A program made the translations under genes and the position numbers. This document shows, one piece after another, positions 10,210 to 22,007 of a DNA stretch of 64,000 nucleotides. This stretch comes from Betaproteobacteria bacterium SG8_41 (GTDB lineage Bacteria; Pseudomonadota; Gammaproteobacteria; Burkholderiales; SG8-41). The DNA is taken from NCBI GenBank assembly GCA_001303585.1, contig LJTT01000018.1, positions 12,810 to 76,809 on the forward strand, in the 5' to 3' direction. How positions within the stretch are numbered: the stretch's first letter is position 1; every line of letters begins with the position of its first letter. The notes under the pieces were generated by a model that saw nothing but the letters and a program-made list of their open reading frames with translations, was not told where the DNA came from and did no database searches.

Positions 10210-11529
10210 TCAGAGGACGAGACGCCTGATATCGGACAGCACACCGCTGAGAAATGCGATAAAGCGCGCGCCCTGCGCCCCGTCGATCACGCGGTGGTCA
10301 TACGAGATCGACAGCGGCAGCATCAGCCGTGGCGCGAAGTCCTTTCCCGACCACACCGGTTTCATCGTCGACCTGCCGACGCCAAGTATTGCGACTTCGG
10401 GCGCGTTGATGATGGGAGTGAAATGGCTGCCGCCGAGCCCCCCTAGGCTGGATATCGAGAAACACCCGCCCTGGAGATCGTTCGGGGATATCTTGCCTGA
10501 GCGCATGCGCTCGCTTACCTCGCCGAGCTCGCGCGCGAGCTCGAGCAGGCCCTTCTTGTCAACATCGCGGATTACCGGAACGACGAGCCCGTTGGGCGTG
10601 TCCACCGCAACGCCGACGTGGAAGTACTGCTTGAGCACCAGGCTCTCGCCATCCGCCGAGAGCGACGCGTTGAAGTTCGGATATTGCTTGAGCGCCACTA
10701 CCACCGCCTTGAGCAGGAAGCACAGGATGGTGAAGCGAATGCCTTGCTTCTTCGCTTCTTCGACCTGGATCTTGCGGAATTCCTCGAGCTCGGTGATGTC
10801 GGCCTCGTCGTGCTGTGTAACGTGCGGAATCGTGACCCAGTTGCGGTGCAGATTCGCGCCAGAGAGCTTCTTGATGCGGGGAAGCGGCTGCGCAGTAACC
10901 GGGCCGAACTTGGAGAAGTCCACTTGCGGCAGTGGCGGCAGCGCGAGGCCGAAGCCGCCCCCGCCGGCGCCCGGTCGCGCCAGCGCGGCCTTCACGTAGT
11001 TCTGAACATCCTCCTTCAGCACCCGTTCCTTCGCCCCGCTGCCCTTGACGCGCGCGAGGTCGACTCCCAGTTCGCGCGCAAATCGCCGCACGGAAGGGCT
11101 CGCGTGAGAGCGCGCAAAACCGCTCTCGTCGATGCGTGCTTCCACGCCAGCCGGCGCCTGCGCGCCGCGCGTGGGCGGTTGGGGCTCGGGACTCGCCGGC
11201 GCCGGCCTCTCCGCTGCAGGCGGCGCTGGCTTCTCAGCCGCAGGCGGCGCTGGCTTCTCGGCCGCAGGCGGGGCCGCGCGTGCCTCGTCGGCCGTCTCGA
11301 GCATCACGACGAGCGAGCCTTCCGAAACCTTGTCCCCGACCTTGACCTTGAGCTCCTTAACCACGCCGGCGGCTGGCGCGGGCACCTCCATGGTCGCCTT
11401 GTCGGATTCCAGTGTGATCAGTGAATCCTCGGCCTTGACGCTATCGCCCGCCTTGACGAGGACTTCGATCACCGGCACGTCCTTGAACTCGCCGATGTCG
11501 GGAACCTTGACTTCGATGATGTTGCTCAT
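10210..11529 (-). CDS. aceF: Dihydrolipoamide acetyltransferase (E2) of the pyruvate dehydrogenase complex, with a single lipoyl domain
   Basis: 439 aa with a lipoyl domain ([10 protein letters not shown]), a PA-rich linker, a PSBD and a catalytic domain (DHRVIDG); it lies downstream of aceE. Confidence 0.9.
   Translation of the reverse strand: MSNIIEVKVPDIGEFKDVPVIEVLVKAGDSVKAEDSLITLESDKATMEVPAPAAGVVKELKVKVGDKVSEGSLVVMLETADEARAAPPAAEKPAPPAAEKPAPPAAERPAPASPEPQPPTRGAQAPAGVEARIDESGFARSHASPSVRRFARELGVDLARVKGSGAKERVLKEDVQNYVKAALARPGAGGGGFGLALPPLPQVDFSKFGPVTAQPLPRIKKLSGANLHRNWVTIPHVTQHDEADITELEEFRKIQVEEAKKQGIRFTILCFLLKAVVVALKQYPNFNASLSADGESLVLKQYFHVGVAVDTPNGLVVPVIRDVDKKGLLELARELGEVSERMRSGKISPNDLQGGCFSISSLGGLGGSHFTPIINAPEVAILGVGRSTMKPVWSGKDFAPRLMLPLSISYDHRVIDGAQGARFIAFLSGVLSDIRRLVL
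11216..11273. repeat. 24-bp tandem repeat (about 2.4 copies) inside aceF, encoding the AAEKPAPP linker
   Basis: gcaggcggcgctggcttctc(a/g)gcc is repeated at 11216-11239 and 11240-11263, with a partial third copy. Confidence 0.85.
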
Positions 11530-11536
11530 TGCAAAT

Positions 11537-11733
11537 CCGTGACCGGTGACCGGTGATTCGAGGTCACGTCAGGAAAGAACTGAACTACAGCCGCAGATGG
11601 ACGCCGATCAACGCCGATTGAAGCAAGAGATACGGTGTTCCGCGGTTGTTTGTCTGCGTTCATCTGCGTTTATCTGCGGCTAATCTCGTTTTTGGTTTTC
11701 GACACGGGCTCTGCTCACGGGTCAGCGGTAACA
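11537..11733. repeat. Repeat-dense aceE>aceF spacer: heptamers ccgtgac cggtgac cggtgat (11537-11557), decamer arrays (11585-11619, 11648-11687), and heptamers gctcacg ggtcagc ggtaaca (11713-11733)
   Basis: Read directly. The 209-bp intercistronic spacer consists almost entirely of short tandem units. Confidence 0.8.
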
Positions 11734-11738
11734 ACCCA

Positions 11739-14426
<2,688 letters not shown>

Positions 14427-14509
14427 CTAATGCGCATGTCAGGGACTCGCCGGCGGCAGAATCCTCTTCCGGCAATCAAGCACTTACGACACCTCGCGTT
14501 GGGCGCGAC

Positions 14510-14518
14510 ATTATAGCA
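14510..14518 (-). promoter_or_regulatory. Candidate extended -10 element TGcTATAAT upstream of aceE
   Basis: The minus strand reads cgaTGcTATAATg about 85 nt upstream of the aceE ATG. No convincing -35 was seen. Confidence 0.45.
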
Positions 14519-14556
14519 TCGGGCCCATGGCGCACCCGCGGGCGCGCCAGCTCACG

Positions 14557-15342
14557 CTACTTACCGCTGAAATTGGCGCGGCGCTTTTGCAGGAAGGCGG
14601 CCATGCCTTCCTTCTGATCGGCGCTCGCGCAGCAGCGGCCGAACAGTTCTGATTCGAGAGCAAGCCCGGCGGCAAGTTCCATGTCGGCGCCGCGCCGGAC
14701 AGCCTCTTTGCTGCAACGCACCGCGACCGGGCCTTTGCTGGCGACGCTGCGCGCCGCCTCGAGACCCTTTTGCATCAGTTCGTCCGCTGGCACGACCGCA
14801 CTCGCCAATCCGATGCTGAGTGCTTCCTCGGCCTTGACCTGGCGACCCGTCGTCAGCAGCTCGAGCGCCCGGGACGGCCCGATCTTTCTCGGGAGCCGTT
14901 GTGTCGCTCCGAATCCCGCGCACACGCCGAGGGTAACCTCCGGCTGACCGAACACGGCACGGTCCGTCGCAATGATCCAGTCGCACGCGAGCGCAAGCTC
15001 GCAGCCGCCACCCAGGCAGTAGCCGTTGACGAGCGCGATGACCGGCACCGGCACGGCTTCGAGCCGGGCGAAAGCACGTGAGCCGCGCGCGGAAAATGCG
15101 GCGCCCTCTTCTTGCGTGAAGTTCTGCATCTCCGCGATGTCGGCGCCCGCGACGAACGCCTTGTCGCCGGTGCCTGTGACGAGCGCGACCCGTGCTGTGG
15201 AATCCCGCGTGATGAGCTCTGCCGCCGCCCCGATTTCGTCAAGCGTCGCGGAGTTCAGCGCATTGAGCGCCTTCGGGCGATTGACCGTAAGGAGATAGAT
15301 GCCCGCTTCGGGCTGCTCCAGCAATATGTTTTTATAGCTCAT
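14557..15342 (-). CDS. Short-chain enoyl-CoA hydratase (crotonase family)
   Basis: 261 aa with crotonase-fold motifs (FVAGADI, GGGCELA). Confidence 0.9.
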   Translation of the reverse strand: MSYKNILLEQPEAGIYLLTVNRPKALNALNSATLDEIGAAAELITRDSTARVALVTGTGDKAFVAGADIAEMQNFTQEEGAAFSARGSRAFARLEAVPVPVIALVNGYCLGGGCELALACDWIIATDRAVFGQPEVTLGVCAGFGATQRLPRKIGPSRALELLTTGRQVKAEEALSIGLASAVVPADELMQKGLEAARSVASKGPVAVRCSKEAVRRGADMELAAGLALESELFGRCCASADQKEGMAAFLQKRRANFSGK

Positions 15343-15360
15343 GCTGAGCCGGTGCGTACT

Positions 15361-15381
15361 GAATGTTGAATGTTGAACGGC
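15361..15381. repeat. Heptamer array gaatgtt gaatgtt gaacggc upstream of the crotonase start
   Basis: Read directly. Confidence 0.7.
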
Positions 15382-15529
15382 AAAGACGGACCAGCGCGGT
15401 GGTCAAGGGGTCGACCACCGTTCCTTTTATGATTCACCTCGAACAATCGGCGTCCATCGGCGGCTAAATGCCAACAATCACAATTTAATGGTTCTTGTTT
15501 CTCCATATCTGCATTTAGCTGCGGCTATA

Positions 15530-15567
15530 TTCTTCTTCCTCTTCCTCTTCCTCTTCCTCTTCTTCTT
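15530..15567. repeat. 38-nt pure pyrimidine tract with a (ctcttc)4 hexamer core; polypurine (GAGGAA)n on the coding strand right after the hadh stop
   Basis: Read directly as ttcttcttcctcttcctcttcctcttcctcttcttctt; it abuts the stop codon at 15566-15568. Confidence 0.9.
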
Positions 15568-16333
15568 ACTTCGGCGCCATTCGCACCGCGCCATCAAGGC
15601 GGATCACCTCGCCATTGAGCATCGTGTTCGTAACGATGTGCTCCACCAGCGCCGCAAACTCGTCGGGTCGTCCGAGTCGCGACGGAAACGGAATCTGGGA
15701 CGCCAGCGATTGCTGCAGCTCCTCGGTGAAGCCACCCACCATCGGCGTCTCGAAGATTCCGGGCGCGATGGTCATCACGCGGATCCCGAAGCGCGCTAGC
15801 TCGCGCGCCGCTGGTAGCGTCATGCCCACGATACCTGCTTTCGAGGCGCTGTAGGCAGCCTGGCCAATCTGCCCGTCGAAGGCCGCGATCGAGGCCGCGT
15901 TGATGATGACGCCGCGCTCACCCTCCCTGTCCGGCGTGTTCTCCGCCATCGCCTGGGCCGCCAGCCGCAGCACGTTGAACGTGCCAACCAGGTTAATTTC
16001 AATCGCGCGGCGGAAGCTCTCCAGCCGGTGCGGCGCGGCCTTGCCCAGGATACGCTCGCCCGGAGCAATACCGGCACAGCTCACCGCCCCATGCAATGAC
16101 CCAAACTGCGTCCGGGCGGCAACGACGGCTCGGCCGAGCTGGTCTTCGTCCGTCACGTCCGTGGCCACGAAGAACGCAGCACGCCCGATCTCGCGCGCCA
16201 GGCCGGCACCCTGCTCCTCGCTCAAGTCGCAAATGACGATGTTGCCGCCCGCCCGTGCCAGGCGGCGCGCGGTTGCGGCGCCAAGGCCCGAGGCGCCGCC
16301 GCTAACGAGAAAAGTCCTGCCGTTTATTTCCAT
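15566..16333 (-). CDS. HSD17B10-type 3-hydroxyacyl-CoA dehydrogenase (SDR)
   Basis: 255 aa from [18 protein letters not shown]. It closely parallels type II HADH through [34 protein letters not shown]...[14 protein letters not shown]. The track's upstream extension is rejected. Confidence 0.88.
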   Translation of the reverse strand: MEINGRTFLVSGGASGLGAATARRLARAGGNIVICDLSEEQGAGLAREIGRAAFFVATDVTDEDQLGRAVVAARTQFGSLHGAVSCAGIAPGERILGKAAPHRLESFRRAIEINLVGTFNVLRLAAQAMAENTPDREGERGVIINAASIAAFDGQIGQAAYSASKAGIVGMTLPAARELARFGIRVMTIAPGIFETPMVGGFTEELQQSLASQIPFPSRLGRPDEFAALVEHIVTNTMLNGEVIRLDGAVRMAPK

Positions 16334-16392
16334 GTCCGAAAAGAGTTCCTGATGAAAGGCAAACGGTGAATGGAAAATCGCGAGTGGCGCGA

Positions 16393-18273
16393 TCAGCGCC
16401 CGCCGCGGCGCGCTGGCCGCGCCTTCTGCCGGCGTTCGTCGGGCGGTGGGGGCGCAGACTCGCTGGCCTGCTTCGAGCCGACGTGGACCTTCACGTACGC
16501 TCCTGGCGCGTCTTCGATCGAATTGAGCTGGCCCGTGCCGGGAACGCGCGCGGGCACCTTCTCGCCGCCGTGACCTGCGATCCACTTGCCCCAATCGGGC
16601 CACCACGACCCCGGATGCTGGCTTGCGCCACTTAGCCAGTCCTCGGGATCCGCCGCCAGTTTTTCGTTCGTCCAGTAGCAATACTTCTTTGCCGACGGGT
16701 GATTGATGATGCCGGCGATGTGACCTGAGCCGCCCAGAACGAAACGCACCGGCCCCTTGAGCAGCTGCGCGCCGGCATATGTTGATCTCCAGGGAGCAAT
16801 ATGATCCTCCAGCGTCGAGATGAAGTAGGCCGGCGTCTTCACCTGCGAGAGGTCGACCGGGAGCCCGTCGAGCTCGATGCCACCCGGCTTGGTCAGCAGA
16901 TTTCGCAGGTACATGTTGCGCAGGTAGAAGCTGTGCATGGTCGCCGGCATGCGCGTCGAATCCGAGTTCCAGTAAAGCAGGTCAAACGGGAACGGGTCGC
17001 GACCGAGAAGATAGTTGTTCACCACAAACGTCCAGATGAGATCGTTTGCGCGCAGCATGTTGAACGTGGTCGCCATCTCGGCGCCCTCGAGATAGCCCCG
17101 CTGCTCCATGCGCTTTTCCAGCGCCTCGAGCTGCTTCTCATCGATAAAGACTTCGAGCTCCCCGGCCTCGGCAAAATCGATCATGGTGACGAAGAAGGTC
17201 GCTGCGCTGATCCGCTGCTCACCCTTGGTCGCGAGGTACGCGAGCGCACAAGCGAGCAGCGTCCCGCCGAGGCAATAGCCGATCACGTTGACCTGGCGCT
17301 CGCCGGTCGCCTTCTCGATGCCATCGAGCGCGGCAAGCGCGCCCTCGAACAGATAGTCCTCGAAGCGCTTGTGCGCGAGACGTTCGTCCGGGTTGACCCA
17401 TGAAATCACGAACACGGTCTGGCCCTGGTCGACGGCCCACTTGATGAATGAGTTGTTCTCGCGCAGATCGAGGATGTAGTACTTATTGATCCACGGCGGA
17501 ATGATGAGCAACGGGCGGCGATAGACATCCGGGGTCGTCGGATCGTACTGAATGAGCTGCATCAGCTCGTTCTGGTAGACCACCTTGCCGGGCGTGGTGG
17601 CGATGTTGAGCCCCAGCTTGAATGCGTTTTCGTCGGTCATCCGCAGCCGGATCTGCTCGCCATTGCCGCGCGAGAGGTCGTCGAGCAGGTTGCTCAGGCC
17701 CTTGACGAGGTTCTTGCCTCCGGTTGCGACCGTTTCGCGCATGACTTCAGGATTCGTCAGCACGAAATTGCTCGGCGACAGCGCATCAATGTACTGGCGC
17801 GTGTAGAAATCCACTTTCTTGGCCGTTTTCTGGTCCAGCCCCTCGACGCCCGCCACCGCCTGGTGCAAGTGCTTGGCGGCAATCAGATAGGATTGCTTGA
17901 TGTAGTCGTAGAGGAAGTTCCGTTCCCAGTCCTCGTGCTTGAACCGGCGGTCGCCTTTGAGGGGTTGCGCCACAGGGGCGGTTTCCTGGCCCATGAATCT
18001 CAGCCACGAGCTTTGCATCAACGACACGTAGTCCTGCCACAATCGCATCTGCACCTCGGCGAGCTTGAACGGGTCTGCCAGCAGCTTTGACCATGCGTCA
18101 AAGAACGCCTGCGCAACGCCCAGCTCATCCGCCATTCCGAGCGAGCCGCCGCCTTTGCGCCGGTCGAGGAACTGCGCGAGCACGTCCATGCTCTTGCGGG
18201 CGACGTCGGCGTAGAGTCCTGCGAGTTCCGCCGGATCAGTGGCCTGCTGCTGCGACGGCTGTTGAGCGCTCAT
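16393..18273 (-). CDS. phaC: Class I poly(3-hydroxyalkanoate) synthase
   Basis: 626 aa with the lipase box GYCLGG and a PhaC N-terminal domain. It has a basic Pro-rich C-terminal tail. Confidence 0.9.
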   Translation of the reverse strand: MSAQQPSQQQATDPAELAGLYADVARKSMDVLAQFLDRRKGGGSLGMADELGVAQAFFDAWSKLLADPFKLAEVQMRLWQDYVSLMQSSWLRFMGQETAPVAQPLKGDRRFKHEDWERNFLYDYIKQSYLIAAKHLHQAVAGVEGLDQKTAKKVDFYTRQYIDALSPSNFVLTNPEVMRETVATGGKNLVKGLSNLLDDLSRGNGEQIRLRMTDENAFKLGLNIATTPGKVVYQNELMQLIQYDPTTPDVYRRPLLIIPPWINKYYILDLRENNSFIKWAVDQGQTVFVISWVNPDERLAHKRFEDYLFEGALAALDGIEKATGERQVNVIGYCLGGTLLACALAYLATKGEQRISAATFFVTMIDFAEAGELEVFIDEKQLEALEKRMEQRGYLEGAEMATTFNMLRANDLIWTFVVNNYLLGRDPFPFDLLYWNSDSTRMPATMHSFYLRNMYLRNLLTKPGGIELDGLPVDLSQVKTPAYFISTLEDHIAPWRSTYAGAQLLKGPVRFVLGGSGHIAGIINHPSAKKYCYWTNEKLAADPEDWLSGASQHPGSWWPDWGKWIAGHGGEKVPARVPGTGQLNSIEDAPGAYVKVHVGSKQASESAPPPPDERRQKARPARRGGR

Positions 18274-18827
18274 GTCGAGTCCTCTCGGTGTTGGTCACGC
18301 AGCGCGCACAAAGTGGCAAGCGTCATCCTGTGACGCGCGCCGCGTCCTTCGTTTGTCAGACTGTGCCTGTGGGCAATCGTCTCGCCCGCAGGAAACGGAA
18401 GCCGAAAAATCCGGGAGGGCGGGCCGAACATCTTCGGCCGCCATTCTGCCGCAGTGAGCGGCGCCCGACAAACCTCGCGCACACGTCCGACGCTGGCCTT
18501 GCGGTCGGCGACACCTTTGATAACGCATGGGCGGCACGACGTGCCGCTGGAAATCAATCGCATCACTCGGCCGCAACGCAGATCAGCGGCTTCGGAAGGC
18601 GACCTGCCACCAAAAGTCCCTCGCCCCGCGAAGTGGACGGCGTCGAGCATCTCGCCGCTCTCGAACCGTTGGGCCGCTAGCGGCCGATACAGCGCACGCT
18701 TCAGGTCAACCGCACCGGCACAGATGCGCGCTGCGCGCTCTCGCTTTATCAGCGATTCCGGGTGTTCAGTGGTGGGGAAATCCACGAGCGAGTCCCGCAC
18801 GGCCGCAACCATCAAAACCTGAGTCAT
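18270..18827 (-). CDS. Hypothetical 185-aa ORF whose stop overlaps the phaC start (ATGA); coding status is doubtful
   Basis: This is the only long ORF in a 555-bp unassigned region. Its TGA overlaps the phaC ATG. It is Arg-rich, has no recognisable domain, has no SD, and its ATG abuts the LiuR-type operator. Confidence 0.25.
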   Translation of the reverse strand: MTQVLMVAAVRDSLVDFPTTEHPESLIKRERAARICAGAVDLKRALYRPLAAQRFESGEMLDAVHFAGRGTFGGRSPSEAADLRCGRVMRLISSGTSCRPCVIKGVADRKASVGRVREVCRAPLTAAEWRPKMFGPPSRIFRLPFPAGETIAHRHSLTNEGRGARHRMTLATLCALRDQHREDST

Positions 18828-18828
18828 T

Positions 18829-18846
18829 CTTGACGTTAACGTAAAG
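18829..18846. promoter_or_regulatory. 18-bp near-palindromic operator CTTGACGTTAACGTAAAG (LiuR/MerR-type candidate)
   Basis: 16/18 self-complementary. It lies between the divergent phaC-side region and the MerR gene, and a near-identical copy occurs at 19341. Confidence 0.55.
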
Positions 18847-18897
18847 GTTATATACGCTTGCCAAACCTAATCCTACTCTCGATTGTTGCGACGCACA

Positions 18898-19302
18898 ATG
18901 GCTAAGACCTACTCGATCTCTGAGCTGGCTCGCGATTTTGACATCACCACCCGGACCATTCGCTTCTACGAGGACCAGGGCTTGCTTAGCCCCCAGAGAA
19001 ACGGTCTGAATCGCGTTTTCAGCGCGCGCGACCGTGCCCGGCTTCAACTCGCGCTGCGCGGGAAGCGGCTTGGGTTCAGCCTCAGCGAAGTCCGCGAGCT
19101 TTTTGAGCTCTACGACGTTTCGCAGGGCGAGCCGCGTCAGATGGAGGTTTTTCTCGCAAAGCTCGAGCGCCGACGCACGATACTCGAGCAGCAGCGCAAG
19201 GATGTCGAGATCATGCTGAACGAGATTAATTTTTTTGCAGGTCAATGCCGGCGCAGGCTCAAGGAACACGTTGATGGCGGAGCTGGCGAAGCGGCAGCCT
19301 GA
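18898..19302 (+). CDS. MerR-family transcriptional regulator, LiuR-like
   Basis: YSISELARDFDITTRTIRFYEDQGLL is a MerR HTH. ATG at 18898 is preferred over the track's TTG at 18883. Confidence 0.85.
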   Translation: MAKTYSISELARDFDITTRTIRFYEDQGLLSPQRNGLNRVFSARDRARLQLALRGKRLGFSLSEVRELFELYDVSQGEPRQMEVFLAKLERRRTILEQQRKDVEIMLNEINFFAGQCRRRLKEHVDGGAGEAAA

Positions 19303-19340
19303 CGGCAAGCTTCCCAACAAGAATTCAGAAAAGTTATTAC

Positions 19341-19358
19341 CTTGACGTAAACGTAAAG
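19341..19358. promoter_or_regulatory. Second copy of the operator, CTTGACGTAAACGTAAAG
   Basis: Identical to the 18829 site at 17 of 18 positions; lies upstream of the DsbA-like isomerase gene. Confidence 0.5.
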
Positions 19359-19563
19359 CTGAAACAGCGCAAGTTCTGGCGACCCGCCTGCCATTTCGCG
19401 TTACGTGAATGACGTTTGCTCCGATATGGCCAGCGCCCGCCATGTAAGGGCCACCCCCACGTGTTTTTTTGCCGCGCAACGGTCAAGGTGGCCAGCTCGT
19501 GACCCGCCATTGCCCCCTCCACGCAGCGGTCAGCGCGCGGCATATACTCGCACCCATAAGTCC

Positions 19564-20166
19564 ATGGCCAATCCGATCGACTTCTACTTCGATTTTTCTT
19601 CCCCCTACGGCTACCTTGCGAGCACGCAGATCGACGAGATCGCCGCGAGGCACGGACGGGGCGTGACCTGGCGCCCCATCCTGCTGGGTGCCATGTTCAA
19701 GGTGACCGGCGGGCAACCGCTGCCCACGATTCCGCTCAAGGGCAGCTACGCGGTCCACGACATGACGCGAACGGCACGTATGCTGAAGGTGCCGTTCAAG
19801 CTGCCCTCGAAGTTTCCAGTCGCCGCGACGGCGCCCAGTCGCGCCTTCTACTGGGTCAACGACCGGGATCCCGCACTCAGCAAGACCCTCGCCCAGGCGC
19901 TGTTCCATGCCTACTTTGCCGAAGACCGGGACATCTCAAAACCCGAGGTCACCGGCAACGTCGCGGCCAAGCTCAACTTGAACAAGGAGGCGCTTCTGCG
20001 AGCGCTTGAGGAGCCAGCGGTGAAGGAACGCCTGCGGAGCGAAGTCGACGCCGCGATCGAGCGAGGGGTTTTTGGCGCTCCCTATATCGTGATCGACGGC
20101 GAGCCGTTCTGGGGCGCGGACCGTCTTGGGCAGGTGGACAAGTGGCTCGAGACGGGCGGCTGGTAA
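19564..20166 (+). CDS. 2-hydroxychromene-2-carboxylate isomerase family (DsbA-like) protein
   Basis: 200 aa from MANPIDFYFDFSSPYGYLAS, a typical HCCA isomerase/DsbA-fold N-terminus. Confidence 0.85.
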   Translation: MANPIDFYFDFSSPYGYLASTQIDEIAARHGRGVTWRPILLGAMFKVTGGQPLPTIPLKGSYAVHDMTRTARMLKVPFKLPSKFPVAATAPSRAFYWVNDRDPALSKTLAQALFHAYFAEDRDISKPEVTGNVAAKLNLNKEALLRALEEPAVKERLRSEVDAAIERGVFGAPYIVIDGEPFWGADRLGQVDKWLETGGW

Positions 20167-20173
20167 AAACGGC

Positions 20174-20307
20174 CCGTTCAAGTTTCCGGTTCACGCAAAA
20201 TTGGATGGCAGCGGTTTACGAAGTTCCCCACTTTGAACTTTGAACTCGGAACATTGAACCGGGAACATGGAACACGGAGCATGGAACCCGGGACTTGGAA
20301 CACGAGC
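20174..20307. repeat. Heptamer arrays: ccgttca agtttcc ggttcac (20174-20194) and 11 consecutive units with consensus CNYGGAA (20231-20307)
   Basis: Read directly as ctttgaa ctttgaa ctcggaa cattgaa ccgggaa catggaa cacggag catggaa cccggga cttggaa cacgagc. Confidence 0.9.
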
Positions 20308-20313
20308 GAGCCA

Positions 20314-20826
20314 ATGCGAACGAGACTAGAAGCCCGGCAGGTAGACATCGTCACGCTGGATGTGGATGCGATCGTCAACGCCGCGAATACGACGCTGCTC
20401 GGTGGCGGCGGGGTAGACGGCGCCATCCACCGCGCCGCCGGCCCCGAGCTCCTTGCCGAATGCCGCGCGCTGGGCGGCTGCCCGACCGGCAGCGCCAAGA
20501 TCACCAAGGGCTACAAGTTGCCTGCCCGGTACGTTATACACACGGTCGGTCCGGTGTGGAACGGCGGAAAACGTGGCGAGTCCGAGCTCCTGGCCTCGTG
20601 TTATCGCGAAAGCCTCAAGCTTGCCGCCGCCCATGCGCTGCGCACCGTTGCGTTCCCTGCCATCAGCTGCGGTGCATACGGCTACCCGCTGCACGAGGCG
20701 GTCAAGGTAGCGGTAGGTGAGTGCGCAAGCTTCGCCGGCACCCACGCGTTACCTGAAAAGGTCATCTTTGCCTGTTTCGACCACGCTACACGCCTCGCGT
20801 ACGAGGCAGAGATCGCGAAGCTCTAA
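20314..20826 (+). CDS. Macro-domain protein (O-acetyl-ADP-ribose deacetylase, YmdB-like)
   Basis: [29 protein letters not shown] and [12 protein letters not shown] motifs. ATG at 20314 is chosen because homology starts there. Confidence 0.9.
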   Translation: MRTRLEARQVDIVTLDVDAIVNAANTTLLGGGGVDGAIHRAAGPELLAECRALGGCPTGSAKITKGYKLPARYVIHTVGPVWNGGKRGESELLASCYRESLKLAAAHALRTVAFPAISCGAYGYPLHEAVKVAVGECASFAGTHALPEKVIFACFDHATRLAYEAEIAKL

Positions 20827-20977
20827 CAATGAACAGGCCGCGCCCGCGCCGCGCGCCAACAGCGGCCGGATGCGCGAATCCTTCGTCACAAGCATGACAT
20901 CGCCGTTATGCGATTAGCGCCGCAATCCCGCGGCGAAGCCTGCAGAGCACCGATCGTCGCAGGTTATGAGCCGCGGC

Positions 20978-20983
20978 TATAAT
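20978..20983 (+). promoter_or_regulatory. Candidate -10 box TATAAT upstream of the liuC-like gene
   Basis: ggcTATAATgg lies 34 nt before the ATG at 21017. Confidence 0.35.
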
Positions 20984-21016
20984 GGTGGCGCCCGGAATGC
21001 TGCGCCACTACCTGTC

Positions 21017-21868
21017 ATGACCACCAAGGTTCTCGCCCAGGTTGACGCTGACGGCAACGCGACCGTCGTTCTCAACCGCCCTGAAGTACACAACGCCTTC
21101 GACCCGGAAATGGTCGATGCATTGACCGCGACCCTGCGGCAGCTCGAATCGCGCGCCGAGGTGCGGGCAATCGTTGTCACCGGGGCAGGCAGGAATTTCT
21201 GCGCGGGTGCCGACATCGAACAGATGAAGCGCAGCGCCAACTATACGCGCGAGCAGAATTTCGAGCTGGCGCGCGCTACGGCGCTCATGCTGCAGACGCT
21301 CTACTCGCTGGAGAAGCCGACTATCGCCTGCGTCCGCGGTGCCGCGCGCGGCGGCGGGGTGGGATTGATCTCGGCCTGCGATATCGCACTCGCCGAGCGT
21401 GGTGCGACATTCCGGCTCTCGGAGGTCAAACTGGGAATCATCCCGGCGATGATCAGCCCTTACGTGATCGCCGCCATGGGCGAGCGCATGGCCCACCGCT
21501 ACATGCTGTCGGGCGAGGAGTTCGACGCGGCCGAGGCCTATCGCATCGGGCTCCTGCACGACATTTGCGAGGAGCCGGAGCTGAATGGGCTCGTCGGCCG
21601 CATGCTGGCGCAGCTCCACTCGAGCGGTCCGCGCGCGGTAGTCGCGATCAAGAAACTGATTCCGGAGATTGCGGCCGCTGCCATCGATGACGCGGTGTCC
21701 GAGAAGACCGCCCAGCGCATCGCCGACCTGCGGGTGACGCCCGAAGCGCAGGAGGGATTGGGCGCATTCCTGGAAAAACGCAAGCCCTCCTGGGTCACCG
21801 CAGCCCCGGAGAAACCGCAAAAGGAATCAAACCGCGAAGACGAAAGGAAGAGCAAGGGCGAAAACTGA
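21017..21868 (+). CDS. Enoyl-CoA hydratase family protein, methylglutaconyl-CoA hydratase (LiuC)-like
   Basis: Crotonase fold (FCAGADI, GGGVGL), adjacent to HMG-CoA lyase, with an unusual charged C-terminal tail. Confidence 0.8.
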   Translation: MTTKVLAQVDADGNATVVLNRPEVHNAFDPEMVDALTATLRQLESRAEVRAIVVTGAGRNFCAGADIEQMKRSANYTREQNFELARATALMLQTLYSLEKPTIACVRGAARGGGVGLISACDIALAERGATFRLSEVKLGIIPAMISPYVIAAMGERMAHRYMLSGEEFDAAEAYRIGLLHDICEEPELNGLVGRMLAQLHSSGPRAVVAIKKLIPEIAAAAIDDAVSEKTAQRIADLRVTPEAQEGLGAFLEKRKPSWVTAAPEKPQKESNREDERKSKGEN

Positions 21869-22007
21869 AACGCCAAGGCGCCATGAGAGACAAGACCAAC
21901 GAATGGAGTTGGCTGCCAGGAACAAACCGTTTTTGTGAAAATCAAGCCTGACGCGTTATAGTTTCATTCTTCGGTTCGATCCTTCGGAATTTCGGTGCTG
22001 ATTTTCA

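Noticed and set aside
15566-16681. The track's long N-terminal extensions (for example the 371-aa version of the SDR gene; also 46376-46693, 19405-19563, 22744-22998, 29435-29593 and 26998-27201)
   Set aside because: The extensions overlap neighbouring genes or the tRNA, have Arg/Pro-rich nonsense composition, and family homology begins at internal ATG codons.
20231-20307. Possible CRISPR array (also considered for 57782-57851 and the other tandem arrays)
   Set aside because: The units are 7-8 bp and directly abutting, with no spacers. No cas genes are present. These are not CRISPR arrays.
20233-20313. N-terminal extension of the macro-domain ORF ([27 protein letters not shown])
   Set aside because: It is encoded by the 7-bp tandem array from a TTG start. 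Macro-domain homology begins at the ATG at 20314.
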